A DNA stretch of 64,000 nt. Source: Chloropicon primus (lineage: Eukaryota). The translations under genes and the position numbers were made by a program. The notes beneath the pieces were generated by a model. That model made no database searches, was not told the origin of the DNA, and saw only the letters and a program-made list of their open reading frames with translations. Shown here in pieces: positions 32,827 through 44,070 of the stretch (within the stretch, counting starts at the first letter, position 1; each line of letters begins with the position of its first letter). Location of the stretch: NCBI GenBank assembly GCA_023205875.1, contig CP060768.1, forward strand, positions 372,001 to 436,000. Reading direction: 5' to 3'.

Positions 32827-34545
32827 TTAATACTTGGCCGATGCGTAGCGCTTGCGGAGTCTCTTGTCAAAAGTGTCCAAAGTCGTGGCTGTCTCATTGA
32901 TCATCTTTGTGAACTCAGTGAGCTCAATCTTGCCGTTATGATCCGTGTCAGCCTCCTCGATGATCTGCTCCACCTCGTCATCGATGTCTTCGAGGTACTC
33001 GCTGTAAGGAATCGCTTGCTTGATCTCCTCCGCAGATAGCTGGCCATCGCCATCCTTGTCGATCTCGTTGAAGAGGTCAGATACGATGTTCTGCCACTTC
33101 CTGTCCTTCTGCAAGGTCTTCAAATCCAACAGCGCGACGACGAATTCGTTTTGGTCCAGCTGCCCATTCCCGTCCACATCGATGTTCTCGATAATAACTT
33201 TCGAATCGTGGTCGCTCACCTTGTAGCCGTACTGTTTCAGACCCTCGACCATCTCTTTCTTGTCGATGAAACCGTCGTTGTCTATGTCCAGCTTGGAGAA
33301 GATCACACTCAATTCTTCCATTTCGTCCAACTCCAAGTACTTCAGGGCCTCTGTCAGGACTTTCCTCTTCAGCCTGTGGAAGCTGCCGATGGACTGAAAC
33401 TTTTGGATCATCGTGTCGTTCAGCGCAGCAGAGGGGGAGATGTCCGTGTCCAGCCACGGGTGCTTCACAATCTGCTCGTACGTAAGCCGCTTCGACGGAT
33501 TCCTCTCGAGCATCCTGGCGGCCAAGTCCTTCAACTGCGGGGAGATGTTTTTCCATATGGGTTTGTTGAAGCTCACCGGCTTGCTTGACACTTTCTGGCA
33601 CAAGTTCGCAAAAGTATCGCAAGGCTCAAAGGGGTTCTTCCCCTCTACGAGGAAGTAAAGCACGCAGCCCGCAGACCACACATCCGCGGGTTTGCCGTAC
33701 CCCTTCTTCATCAACACCTCGGGAGCCATGTAAAACGGAGTGCCCGTGGTGTCCTTCTTCGGCTTTCCCGTCCACATGCAGCTCAGGCCGAAATCGATCA
33801 TCTTCAGAGGCGCTTTCGGGCTCTTCTCCGACTTGAGGAAGTTCTCCGGCTTGATGTCGCGGTGCAAGATGTTCTGCTTGTGGCACTGCCCGACAAGCCT
33901 AGCGATGTCCTGGAAGTAAACCCTCACGTCAGACTCCCTGAAGTTCGAATTCGCGTTCACGTTGTAGATCAGGTCGCCCCCCGAGCAATGCTCCATGACC
34001 ATGTAGACCGCTCTCGCGTCCTCGTAAGCGTCCTCGAAATGCACGACGTTCAGGTTGTTCCTCAGCTTCATCATGATCTCTATCTCGAGCAGGAGGGCGT
34101 GGCCGTGCCTCTTGCTCCTGAGGAGGTCCTTCTTGATCCGCTTCACCGCGAAGACTTCCTTCTCCTCCGGGTCTGCTGGACGCCTCCTCTTCGCGAGGAA
34201 AACGGATCCAAAGGCCCCCCTCCCCAGCATGCGCATCGTCTTGAACTCGGCTTCGTACGACGTCTTGAAGTTGAAGTTGCCATCGTACCCGTCATCCACG
34301 CTCCTCTTGATCTTCTGCAAGCTCCTCATCGTCAGCCGGCTCCGCTGGGAGACGGACGAGAGCGACGAGGTCTCGGAGAAGTTCACCGAGGGTTCACTCT
34401 CGCTCCGTTCTGAGTCCGATTTCCCGGACGACGAGTCCCGCGTCGCGAGCAAGGACGACGAGCTCGCGCTCGCCTTCTTCTTCGACCAGCAGAACAGCCT
34501 CCTCCACCACGCCTTCTCGTCCTTGTTCCTCGGACGCTTCTCCAT
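32827..34545 (-). CDS. Calcium-dependent protein kinase
   Basis: GRGAFG, HRDIKPEN, DFG and APE kinase motifs, a junction domain and four EF-hands. Confidence 0.93.
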   Translation of the reverse strand: MEKRPRNKDEKAWWRRLFCWSKKKASASSSSLLATRDSSSGKSDSERSESEPSVNFSETSSLSSVSQRSRLTMRSLQKIKRSVDDGYDGNFNFKTSYEAEFKTMRMLGRGAFGSVFLAKRRRPADPEEKEVFAVKRIKKDLLRSKRHGHALLLEIEIMMKLRNNLNVVHFEDAYEDARAVYMVMEHCSGGDLIYNVNANSNFRESDVRVYFQDIARLVGQCHKQNILHRDIKPENFLKSEKSPKAPLKMIDFGLSCMWTGKPKKDTTGTPFYMAPEVLMKKGYGKPADVWSAGCVLYFLVEGKNPFEPCDTFANLCQKVSSKPVSFNKPIWKNISPQLKDLAARMLERNPSKRLTYEQIVKHPWLDTDISPSAALNDTMIQKFQSIGSFHRLKRKVLTEALKYLELDEMEELSVIFSKLDIDNDGFIDKKEMVEGLKQYGYKVSDHDSKVIIENIDVDGNGQLDQNEFVVALLDLKTLQKDRKWQNIVSDLFNEIDKDGDGQLSAEEIKQAIPYSEYLEDIDDEVEQIIEEADTDHNGKIELTEFTKMINETATTLDTFDKRLRKRYASAKY

Positions 34546-34898
34546 GCTGCTGCTGAAACACAACAAACAACAACAAACAACAACAACAACAAGAGACAGA
34601 GAGAGAGAGAGAGAGAGGAGAGGCCAGTCGACGCTCCGACGCAACGCGAGGGAACGAGCCAAGAGGCAGCGTAGTCTTGCAGACGCCTTCCTCCAACCTA
34701 ATCGACGACAAGCAGATCGTAGTGAAACCCTAGCCTAGCTGCTTCGTAACGTGCGATTGCGAGGAGGCGAGGCCGTAACGTCGTCACAGAAGAGGGAGGG
34801 GCTTCTCGTCGACGATTGGTTCGTTGTCGAGGGAAGCGAAGTGGCTGGGGGGGAGGCCTAGGTTCATCGGAGCAAGGGAGGAAGTCTTGCCGTCCTTT

Positions 34899-34931
34899 TT
34901 CTTCTTCTTCTTCTTCTTCTTCTTCTTCGAG

Positions 34932-34970
<39 letters not shown>
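34899..34970. repeat. Compound microsatellite (TTC)n-(TTG)n
   Basis: Directly visible between the divergent CDPK and WD40 genes. Confidence 0.9.
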
Positions 34971-34971
<1 letters not shown>

Positions 34972-35005
34972 CGTAGCAGAGAGAGCCAGAGAGAGAGGCA
35001 GGCAC

Positions 35006-36163
35006 ATGATGGCGGAGGCCGAAGGAAGGGTTTCGGAGGCGAGGGGCCGATCTGGGGAAGCTTCCTCCTCCTCCTCCTCCTCCTCGTATCGGTGTGTGTG
35101 GAGCTCCGAGGGGGAGGACAGGAGCAAGGGCATTGTCTGCTCGGTTTCGGCATCGGTCGACGGGAGGTACGTCTTCACCGGGGCATCGGACAAGACCCTG
35201 AGAGTCTGGCAGGTTTTGCCCGCGACGTGTGCCTCGAGGTTGAGGTGCCTTCAGACGATCCGCGATGCCCACCAGGACTGGATACGCTGCGTGGCGGTCT
35301 CCCCCGGCGGGGGGCACGTCTTCACCGGCTCGAGGGACGAGACGATTCGGGTCTGGCGCATCAATCCTGGCGGGGGAGGAGGCACGGCGGAGCCAATCCT
35401 GGAGCTCGCTGGGATCCTCAAGGGCCACAACGATTGGGTTCGGAGTCTCGTGACGGTGGACGCGGACGACTCCATCTTGTTCTCCGTCTCGGACGACTGC
35501 ACGATTCGAGAGTGGGACCTCACTCCGTTTTCCAAGGGGAGCAAAAGAGAGGACGACGATGGCGTGGTCTCCTCGTCCGCGCAGGGTAGCGATGGCGTGA
35601 TTCTAGTGGATCGGTGCATGATCAAGAGGACGAGTCCAAAAGGCATCAAGAGCCTCGCGATTTGCCCCCATCGAGAGTTCATTTACATCGGATTCACAGA
35701 TTACACCGTGAGATGCATGGACATCAATGGGAGCGACGTGAGAAAGGCGTTCAAGGGGCACACCGGAATCGTTACCTCCATGCAAATCAGCACCACAGTC
35801 GACTCTCCGGGGCACCACCTTCTCTTCACGGGATCGGACGACCACACTGTGAGACAGTGGTGCACAGGTTCAGCTGTGTGCCTGAAGGTTTTCTCTGGGC
35901 ACTCGGGTTGGATCCGGGACATCAAGGTCTGGTCACGGAAGCTCTTCTCCTGCTCGGAAGATAACAAAATCTTTGTGTGGTCTTTGGACCCCGCCGATGA
36001 CCACAGATCCGCGCCCCCTCCACACGAGCAATGGGTCACTTCTCACTTGACGCTTGAGGGTCACACCGCTGCGGTGTGGCAGCTGGCCATCACGCCAGAC
36101 TGTAGACTCTTGGTCAGCTCCTCAGCCGACGGTCGAATCAAAGCCTGGGGCATTGGGCCTTAG
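35006..36163 (+). CDS. WD40-repeat protein
   Basis: About seven GH...W repeats, e.g. TGSRDETIRVW and GHNDWVRSL. Confidence 0.9.
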   Translation: MMAEAEGRVSEARGRSGEASSSSSSSSYRCVWSSEGEDRSKGIVCSVSASVDGRYVFTGASDKTLRVWQVLPATCASRLRCLQTIRDAHQDWIRCVAVSPGGGHVFTGSRDETIRVWRINPGGGGGTAEPILELAGILKGHNDWVRSLVTVDADDSILFSVSDDCTIREWDLTPFSKGSKREDDDGVVSSSAQGSDGVILVDRCMIKRTSPKGIKSLAICPHREFIYIGFTDYTVRCMDINGSDVRKAFKGHTGIVTSMQISTTVDSPGHHLLFTGSDDHTVRQWCTGSAVCLKVFSGHSGWIRDIKVWSRKLFSCSEDNKIFVWSLDPADDHRSAPPPHEQWVTSHLTLEGHTAAVWQLAITPDCRLLVSSSADGRIKAWGIGP

Positions 36164-36296
36164 CATCCATCCCCAGCCTCGTCCAGGGTCACCGGCTCTC
36201 GTGCGCCGGCCTTTGAAGAATGAGGGCTGGTAGTGCGACACGAGAGTGCGTACTATCGGTGGAGTGTTCTTCCAAGATTGATTGTTATGCCCCGTT

Positions 36297-37460
36297 TTAC
36301 AATTCTGATTTTATTTGGTCTGACCCTTCCCTCCTTTTTGCCGCCAGCCTCGGCGATGTTCTCACCGTTTTCTCCACGACCCTCCCCACCCTTGGCTTTG
36401 CTTGCTCAGCCTCGCCGGCCCCAGGCCGGGGAGGCTCTTCGGCTTCCTCGGGGACCGGTGGCTCCTCCTCCACGTCTTCAGGTTTGGGATGTTCTCCCGC
36501 CATCGCCTCGGGCCCCCGCCCTGCCTCCCTCTCTCTTGCCACCGTTTCGATCTCCACCGGGCTCGCAACTCCGCTCGGTTCATTCGTGCCCGGTCCGGGG
36601 CCCGGTCCCTGCAAAGATGGCGGGGGCGGTGCAGGAGGGGGTGGCGATGGCACCTCGATTGCCTTCCCGTCGTCCCCAACCTTCGCACCCTCTCTGCCAG
36701 GCACAAGTTTGTGGACCGGAGCAAAGTAAAAAACTCTCTTTCCGCCGACGTACACCACCGCAAGGAGGAACAAGCAGAAGCAAAAGTACAGCAGAAACCT
36801 CTCGAACTTCTCCTGGTTCTCCATGGAGGTCAAAAGGTGCTTTCCCCTCCCCAGCAAGCCCGTCTGCTCACTGTACTTCTCGTTCACCTTGGACAGAGTC
36901 TGTTCCGACTCGTCCATTAACCCCAGCGTCGAGCCCGTGTGGTCGAGCTGCCTTACCAAGAGCTGCCTCGTCTTCTGCAGAGAGCTAGTCACCTTCTCGG
37001 CCGCCTCGAGCTCCGTCCGACTCGGCCTGGCCGCCCCGACCTTCCCTGGCCCTACCCCTCGACCCAAGAGCTCCTCCCTCTCCCTCTTCGCTGCCTCGTG
37101 CTTCATGGCGAGGCTCGCGTTGTGCAACACGTCTTTTGCCTTGGAGCGGTTCATCTCCAGCCTTCTCTTATGATCGGAAACAACCTTGCACAACTCCTGG
37201 AACACATCCTCCTTCTCGGCCTCCTCCGAAAGGATCTGCAACTCCCTCAACTGCTGCCGAGCTTTCCCAAGCTTCCCATTCACCCTCGTCGCTGCTTCTT
37301 CGATGCCTCGGGCGTCAAACGACGGGGACGAGGGCGAGGACGTCGTCGGTTGCGTTGCGAGGAAAGCATCGAGATCCTCTTCCACCTCTCCCAGCACCTT
37401 GACGAGGTCGCGGTCTAAGCCTCTGGCCTCCTCGAGCAGATCGTCGTCCTCGATCGCCAT
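36297..37460 (-). CDS. SEC20: SEC20-family Qb-SNARE
   Basis: Coiled coil, REELL and VTSSLQKTRQLL SNARE motif, then a TM helix and lumenal tail. Confidence 0.75.
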   Translation of the reverse strand: MAIEDDDLLEEARGLDRDLVKVLGEVEEDLDAFLATQPTTSSPSSPSFDARGIEEAATRVNGKLGKARQQLRELQILSEEAEKEDVFQELCKVVSDHKRRLEMNRSKAKDVLHNASLAMKHEAAKREREELLGRGVGPGKVGAARPSRTELEAAEKVTSSLQKTRQLLVRQLDHTGSTLGLMDESEQTLSKVNEKYSEQTGLLGRGKHLLTSMENQEKFERFLLYFCFCLFLLAVVYVGGKRVFYFAPVHKLVPGREGAKVGDDGKAIEVPSPPPPAPPPPSLQGPGPGPGTNEPSGVASPVEIETVAREREAGRGPEAMAGEHPKPEDVEEEPPVPEEAEEPPRPGAGEAEQAKPRVGRVVEKTVRTSPRLAAKRREGSDQIKSEL

Positions 37461-37468
37461 GGCGATCA

Positions 37469-37481
37469 GATCGACTCACGG

Positions 37482-37516
<35 letters not shown>

Positions 37517-37925
37517 TAACCGATCGATCACTTGCGCTGGCGATCAGACACTACGGCAGGCCGATCGATCAGGAGGGAGAGAGGGAGTCGAGGGAGAGCG
37601 AGAGAGAGTGTCGAGCCTTTCACTACAACAGACCGATCGACTCACGGAGGAGCAGGAGCAGGAGCAGGAGTAACCGATCGATCACTTGCGCTGGCGATCA
37701 GACACTACGGCAGGCCGATCGATCAGGAGGGAGAGAGGGAGCCGAGGGAGAGCGAGAGAGAGTGTCGAGCCTTTCACTACAACAGACCGATCGACTCACG
37801 GAGGAGCAGGAGCAGGAGCAGGAGTAACCGATCGATCACTTGCGCTGGCGATCAGACACTACGGCAGGCCGATCGATCAGGAGGGAGAGAGGGAGCCGAG
37901 GGAGAGCGAGAGCGAGTGTCGAGCA
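37469..37925. repeat. Tandem repeat, 154-bp unit, three copies
   Basis: TTGCGCTGGCGATCAGACAC at 37532, 37686 and 37840. Confidence 0.95.
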
Positions 37926-37993
37926 GACCGATCCATCGAGGAGAGGCAAGGAAGAGCGGGGATCGGCGATCGGTGCATACGGCAAAGCGAAAC

Positions 37994-38419
37994 ATGATGG
38001 GGAGGGTCAAGGTGTGTCTTTTTGTGGGCGAGACACTTGTCGCGTTCACACTGGTGCTTGCTGCGATCGCGGTCACTGCTTCCGAAGCTCAAGGAGATGC
38101 AGGTGGCCTCGGCAGCGGTGGTGCAGCGGGGAACAACACGTTCCTCTCGGTCCTGAGGGCCCACCTCGGCTCTGTGAATTTGACTAGCCTTCGCGAAGCT
38201 TTCGACGATACCGGCTCGAGCGATATGGATGTAATCCCCCTCGTCCTCACCAAGTTCGCAAGCAACTGGCTGAACTCCACGTACGCGACGATGTTCCAGT
38301 ATTACTCGGTGAGCAAGCAGCAGGATAACCAGACGGTCACGAACTTCATCGCCGAGATCGCGGCCAATGCGATCCAAGATATTGTCGTTCCCGGAGCAAA
38401 CTTGTGCCTGACATCCTAG
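37994..38419 (+). CDS. Small hypothetical secreted protein (141 aa)
   Basis: ATG followed by a signal-peptide-like segment; no recognised domain. Confidence 0.55.
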   Translation: MMGRVKVCLFVGETLVAFTLVLAAIAVTASEAQGDAGGLGSGGAAGNNTFLSVLRAHLGSVNLTSLREAFDDTGSSDMDVIPLVLTKFASNWLNSTYATMFQYYSVSKQQDNQTVTNFIAEIAANAIQDIVVPGANLCLTS

Positions 38420-38548
38420 GGCGCGCCGACACTCGAGGCTTGACAACCCAAAGCGCAAGCAAGCACAACTAATTTTCTTTCCTTTAAATGAGCCATTATT
38501 ATTTCCCGCAAGTTCGTTATTGGTACATCCCTCCTCCTCGATAAACCA

Positions 38549-40029
38549 TCACTTTGCTTGCCCCGAGCTTGCCCCTACGGCAGCCTCCGCACCGGCAAAG
38601 GCCTCCTTCAGATCGCCGATCAGATCGTCAATGTTCTCTATCCCTGCGGAGATCCTCACCAGGTCGTCCACCAGGCCCCTCTCCTTCCTGATCTCCGCGG
38701 GCACCGAGGCGTGAGACATGTAGCACGGCATGCTGATCAAGGAGGTGACCGAGCCAAAGCTCACCGTGATCTTGAAGAGCTTGGTGTCCTCGACAATTCT
38801 TCTGCTTGCTTCCACGCTCCCCGTCTCAAAACTGATGATGGATCCTCCCGAGGAGGCCTGCGAGGCGTGAATACCGCTGTTTGGATGCCCAGGGAGCCCG
38901 GCGTAGTTCACCTTCTTGACCAGGGGGTGGCCCGCCAGGAATATGGCGATCTTCTCTGCGTTCTGGGCCTGCTTCTCCATCCTGAGAGCCATGGTCTTCA
39001 GCCCCCTCAGGGACAGCCAGCACTCGAACGGAGACATCATGTTGCCCTCCGCGTTCTGGTGGAAGTAAATCTCCTCGCAGAGCTCCTTGCCGACGACAGA
39101 GAGGATCCCTCCGGTCACGTCCGAGTGCCCCGCGATGAACTTTGTCGCCGACGTCATCGAGATGTCCGCTCCCAGATCAATCGGCCTCTGAAAGATGGGC
39201 GCCATGATGGAGTTATCCACGCAGACCACGGCTCCATACTCCTTGGCCACCTTGCAGATGGCAGAGATGTCGCAAACCTCGAGCCTTGGGTTCGTGGGCG
39301 ACTCGATCAGTACCAACTTCACCGGAGGCTGGCCATTCCCCTGAAGGTAGGACGCGATCCAGTCAGTCAGTCAGTCAGTCAGTCAGCCTCCAGGGCCGAG
39401 AGGCTCTTGATCTACGGCATTCGCCTTACCTTGGTTCCCTCCTCCAGGGCGGCCTTCACCTCCTCCACCTGCGTCATGTCGACGTGCTTCACCGTCAGTC
39501 CTTGCTTCGCGGGAGCTATCTTTCCCAAGAACCTCTGGGTTCCGCCATAGATGTCGTTCCCCGCCAGGACGCACTCCCCTGGCTTCACAAGCCTCATCAC
39601 CGTCGCGATGGCCGCCATGCCGCTCGCGAAAGCAAACGCTCCATCAGCGTTCTCGATGTCTGCCATCTGATTCTCTAGCAACGTCCTCGTCGGGTTCCCG
39701 CTCCTCGAGTAGTCATAAGCCCCGAAATCCGTTGCTCCGGGTTGGTTGAATGTCGCCGTCTGGTACAGCGGAGGCGCAACCGAGTCGAATGGGTCCTCGA
39801 GCTTTCCAGCAAGGTGAACGAGCCTCGTCTCGATCGTGGGCCTCTTGCTCGCACTTGCCGTCGTCCTTCCGTTCTTCTTCTTCTTCATCATCATCATCTT
39901 CGTCGTCGTCGTCGCGCTTCTAGCCAGGCCAGGTGATGTTGCGGTCGCGCTCGTTCGGCGCCTCCGTCCTGGCCCCGTCCTCGTCGTCGCTCCCGTCGTT
40001 CGCGCACTAGCGGCGGCCATCGTCCTCAT
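38549..40029 (-). CDS. CBL: Cystathionine beta-lyase, plastid; intron 39341-39429
   Basis: PLYQTATF, YDYSRSGNPTR, ESPTNP, SATKFIAGHSD (PLP lysine) and ITVSFG motifs; transit-peptide-like N-terminus. Confidence 0.92.
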
Positions 40030-40385
40030 TCTATTCTATCCACAGAGAGAGAGAGATCCCAGCAAGCGCCCGAAGATGGATGATGATGATGGATGCTTGG
40101 TGGTGGTGATGGTGGCGGCACAAGGCCAAGGAGAGGATAGGGTTGGTGGTGACAGTCATTGTGGCGGTCTCTTGCTCTCTTGCTCTTTCCAGGAAGCCCT
40201 CACTTGATAAGATTGAGGAGGAGGAAGGTGTTGGATGGATGATGGATGGTTGTGGTGCCAGTGACGGGGGCAGCAACGGACGGACTTGATGGCAAACAAA
40301 GTGAATAGATGAAAGCGATCTCAAATGCCGCAACAACAACAACTTGTGGTCGGCCTTTGTGCACCTCGAGTCGAACAGAACGGCG

Positions 40386-41444
40386 CTACGAAACATCGGC
40401 GACGTACACGGAGTGACTCAGGGCATCCCTTGGCCTCACCCAATCCTTCTTCCACACTTGGTCGTACTCAAAGTCAGCGGGTATGAGGTCCGTCTTGTAC
40501 CTCCCCATTGAGGTATCCACCCACTCGAGAAAGTCCGGAGCGCCCGGGTAGAGCACATTGTCGGCGACGACTGTGGTGCCCGTGCCAATCAATCCCGCGT
40601 CTTCCATCGCTTGGAGATCTGGGAGGTAACACGGCTTGCAGTGGTCGAAGAAGACGAACGAGGCCACCTCGCCCGGAGCCATTCTCTCCTTGAGGTCGGG
40701 AATCCTGCAGGAAGCACACCACAAAAAAGGAGAGACAGAGAGAGATGGACAAGTCAGACCAAGGGGCAGCAGGAACAGAGAGAGACAGAGACAGAGAGAG
40801 ATGGACAAGTCAGATCAAGGGGCAGCAGGAACGACGAGTCGGCGTGACTGCCATTACCTTTGGGCCCCCTCCCCCTCCAGGATCTCCACGACTTCGCCAA
40901 ACCCCGCATAACGCACGAGCTCCCGGGCAACGGCCGCGTGTTTGGGCTCGAACTCCACGCAAGTCAACGTGCCCTGAAGCGGCAAACTCATTGCCGTCCA
41001 AATCGCAGAGTACCCGAGGAACGTTCCCAATTCCACAGCCCTCGTCGGCTTCGCCTCTTTCACAAGCCTCGCCAGGATCTTGGCTTTCTCTTCGTGCAGA
41101 AAGTAGGTTGGATAGTAGTCCCCAAACGTCTGCATCGCTGCAAGGACCGCCATGGCGTCCCCCTCTCGGGCCTGAGACTTAATGAATGGAAGGATGTCCG
41201 AGGGCTGAGCGTACGGCCACTGGCTATAGAATGCCGGGTCCTTGACGAGCGTCGCCGCCACCGCCGTCCCTCCCCGGAGCACGTGGCCCACAACGAACCC
41301 CCTTCTCGAGATCCCCCCAAGACAACGACATCTTTGCGACGTTCGTTGCGTTCCACTCGATGATGATGTCGACGCCGGCGTCGTCGAGCATCTCGACCTC
41401 TCCGTGGTGGTCCCTCCGCTTCCTCCCTTCACTCGCGTCGCCAT
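40386..41444 (-). CDS. Catechol-O-methyltransferase-like SAM methyltransferase; intron 40705-40857
   Basis: VELGTFLGYSA, FFDHCKPCYLPDL and VADNVLYPGAP motifs. Confidence 0.85.
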
Positions 41445-41721
41445 TCCTCGTGAGGAAGAGGAAGAGGAAGAGGAAGAGGAGCGCCAGGGCCAAGGGCCTT
41501 TGTGGATAACGAGCACGTGCCGAGGGCGAGGGGAGGGAGGGGAGGGAGTGATGGATGACTCCGTGTTCATCGAGATGGAGATGGAGGGAGCGGGTATGGG
41601 ATCTCTTGCCAGGGCTATCTTGCCCACCTCTGCAAAGGGTTCGTTCTGGAGGGAGGAAGGGAAGAGAAGAAGACTCTTAAGGCGTTGTGACCAATGGATT
41701 TCAACATGATATAGTGTTGCT

Positions 41722-42143
41722 TTACTCGGTTATTGACGCTGGAGTCTTGTCGACCTGGCCAAGGTAGCACTTGGCCAGGAGAAAGTCGATGTTCACCCAC
41801 TTGTGATACTTGTTAAATAATCTCGTGGCGTCCTTTCCCGCGCCTTGCATGAGGTAGTCCACGCCCCCTGGGTGAAACTTGATGTACCTCGTGACGTTGT
41901 AGACCTTGCCAGCGAGGACCATCCAACAGTCGTCCACGGTCTTGTGCTCCCCCACCTCCTTGAGGGTGATCTTCCTGGCCAGGGGCCTCCCCCGATTCCC
42001 ATTGAGGTCCTCCGTCGGGCTCCGCGTCAGTCGGACCCAATCCACTTGACTGTACCCCTTCTCGAACGGCACCTTCTTGCGCCTCGTTGGCGCTGGTGCT
42101 GCAGCACCTATCGGTCGTGGCTCCCCCTTGGACGACGACGATC
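41722..42143 (-). CDS. Cytochrome b5-like heme-binding domain protein (RLF/NCB5OR N-terminal type); first exon unresolved
   Basis: KVPFEKGYSQVDW, DCWMVL, FHPGG, AGKDAT and YHKWVN motifs. Confidence 0.85.
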
Positions 42144-43031
42144 TGTGACGAAGCAGAGAGAGAGAGAGAGAGGGAGACGCATCGAAAAGTACTCCTCGGG
42201 TCAGTTACTTCCTCGGCGCGCAAGGGTCGAAACCATTTCCTGCGCCAACGAAGAGCAGCAACGCTGTTGTTGTCGCCGTCGTTTAGGTTTAGCTCGATCT
42301 CGATCTCAAGAAGAACAAGAAGAACAGGAAGAGAGAAGGGGATCGACGTACCCTTTCGTTTGTGTCGGAAATCCTGGGAAGGAGACCGAAGAAGCCGCCC
42401 CTTCCTGGTCGACACGCCCCTTCTCCTCCTGGGTCCTGTCTGTCACCGTCGCGAAGGCTGTCAGCGGCACCTTCCCTTCCATCGGTCAACCAAGGTATGA
42501 AAAACTCGCGACACCCGGCTACTCAACCTCCAAGCGCGGCCACGCCCCTCACCACGGCATCCAAGTCCCCACCCTCCTCTTCTCGAGCGAAGAGCAAACT
42601 CCGAAGAAGACACTTGATCCGCGTCAACGCCGGTACCAAACGAAAGCTCTCGAGACGACGCTCCTTGCTCACCAGGTCCCCGTCCCTCTGACCCGACCCC
42701 GCCGCCGCCAAAGTGAATGTAAAGGTAAAGGTAAAGGTCTCCCTCCCTCCACTATATGAATCCAATCAATCAATCGATCAATCGAACAATCGAACAATCG
42801 AACAATCGAACAATCGATCCTTTCCTCGTGCCGGTTCCGCACGCCAACGAGGCCGGTACCGTTCGAAAGCTCTCGAGTCGACGGTTGTTCCTCGTCAGGA
42901 CATGTTCCCTCCCCCGTTCCCTTCCGCGCTCTGCCTCGTCTTCGCCAAGGAGCGCTCCTCTCCTCTCCTCTCCTCTGTCGTCGTCGTCGTCGTCAGAGGT
43001 GGTGGGTGGTCTGGCGCGTCGGCGCTGCGTC

Positions 43032-43955
43032 ATGGAGGAGGAGAGACGGAGGAAGCGGTCGAGGAAGGAGGAGAGGATGTCTGGTGACCTCGGTGGACTG
43101 ACCAAGGACACGTGGTCCGTCATCGCGGACCACCTCGATGCCTACGACAGGATAGCTTTCGCCTCGACGTGCAAGACCTTTGCAGAGGTGGCGATGGAGA
43201 GGTGGAGGTTGGGGATGGGGTGGTCCTTGCCGGAGGGGAGGGGGATGAGGTTGGTGACGGACCTGACGGAGGACAGGCTGTTCGACAGGGTGCCTCGCTT
43301 CACGTTTGGTTGGTTCGTTTGGGTCTTCGAGTCCTTCCGAAGGAGGGAGGGGAGTCCGAGCTACGTCAGGTTCAGCAAGCCTGAGGTCTGGTTGTTCGAC
43401 AGTGACCTCTTGTTTGTCGCTGCATTCCAGGGGAACTTGAGGGCGCTCAAGTGGCTGGTCGGGCAAGGCATCCGGTGCGATTCGGGCTCGTGGGCCTGCA
43501 GCCGTGCCGCAGCGGGCGGGGGCCACCTCGAGGTGCTGGAGTGGCTGAGCGGCCAGGGGTGCGAGTGGAGGCCGGTGCACTGCGCGTACGCCGCGGAGGG
43601 CAACAACCTGAGGGCCCTGCAGTGGCTTCGGGGCCAAGACCAGCCCTGCCCTTGGGATGCCAGGACGTGCTCCCGCGCGGCCTTGAGGGGCCACCTCAGC
43701 GTCCTGCGCTGGGCCAGGGGCCAGGCCCCGGCGTGCCCCTGGAGCGAGGACACCTGCGCCCGCGCCGGCCGCGGGGGCCACCTCGAGGTCTTGAAGTGGG
43801 CCAGGGCCCAGGGCTGCCCGTGGGACGATAGGACTTGCGCGTACGCCGCGGACGAGGGCCACCTTGATATCCTGAAGTGGGCCCGAAGCCAGAAGCCCCC
43901 TTGCCCTTGGGACGACGACCTTGTAGAGAGGAGGCAGCGGCAGCAGCAAGGATGA
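43032..43955 (+). CDS. F-box-like plus ankyrin-like (CPW repeat) protein
   Basis: Repeats of CPW(D/S)xxTCxxAAxxGHLxVLxWARxQG after an F-box-like segment. Confidence 0.85.
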   Translation: MEEERRRKRSRKEERMSGDLGGLTKDTWSVIADHLDAYDRIAFASTCKTFAEVAMERWRLGMGWSLPEGRGMRLVTDLTEDRLFDRVPRFTFGWFVWVFESFRRREGSPSYVRFSKPEVWLFDSDLLFVAAFQGNLRALKWLVGQGIRCDSGSWACSRAAAGGGHLEVLEWLSGQGCEWRPVHCAYAAEGNNLRALQWLRGQDQPCPWDARTCSRAALRGHLSVLRWARGQAPACPWSEDTCARAGRGGHLEVLKWARAQGCPWDDRTCAYAADEGHLDILKWARSQKPPCPWDDDLVERRQRQQQG

Positions 43956-44070
43956 CGATGAGGAGAGTTTTGGAGGAGAGTATGGGTGGGTGCGTGCGTG
44001 CGTGCGTGACGGCGGCGACGACGACGACCGTGGTGTCGTTGCACGCACAACACACACGCACACACAAAGG

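Noticed and set aside
37469..37925. CRISPR-like array
   Set aside because: Whole 154-bp units repeat with no unique spacers, there are no cas genes and the context is eukaryotic.
40731..40832. 56-bp-period duplication in the methyltransferase intron
   Set aside because: Ordinary local slippage in a GA-rich intron.
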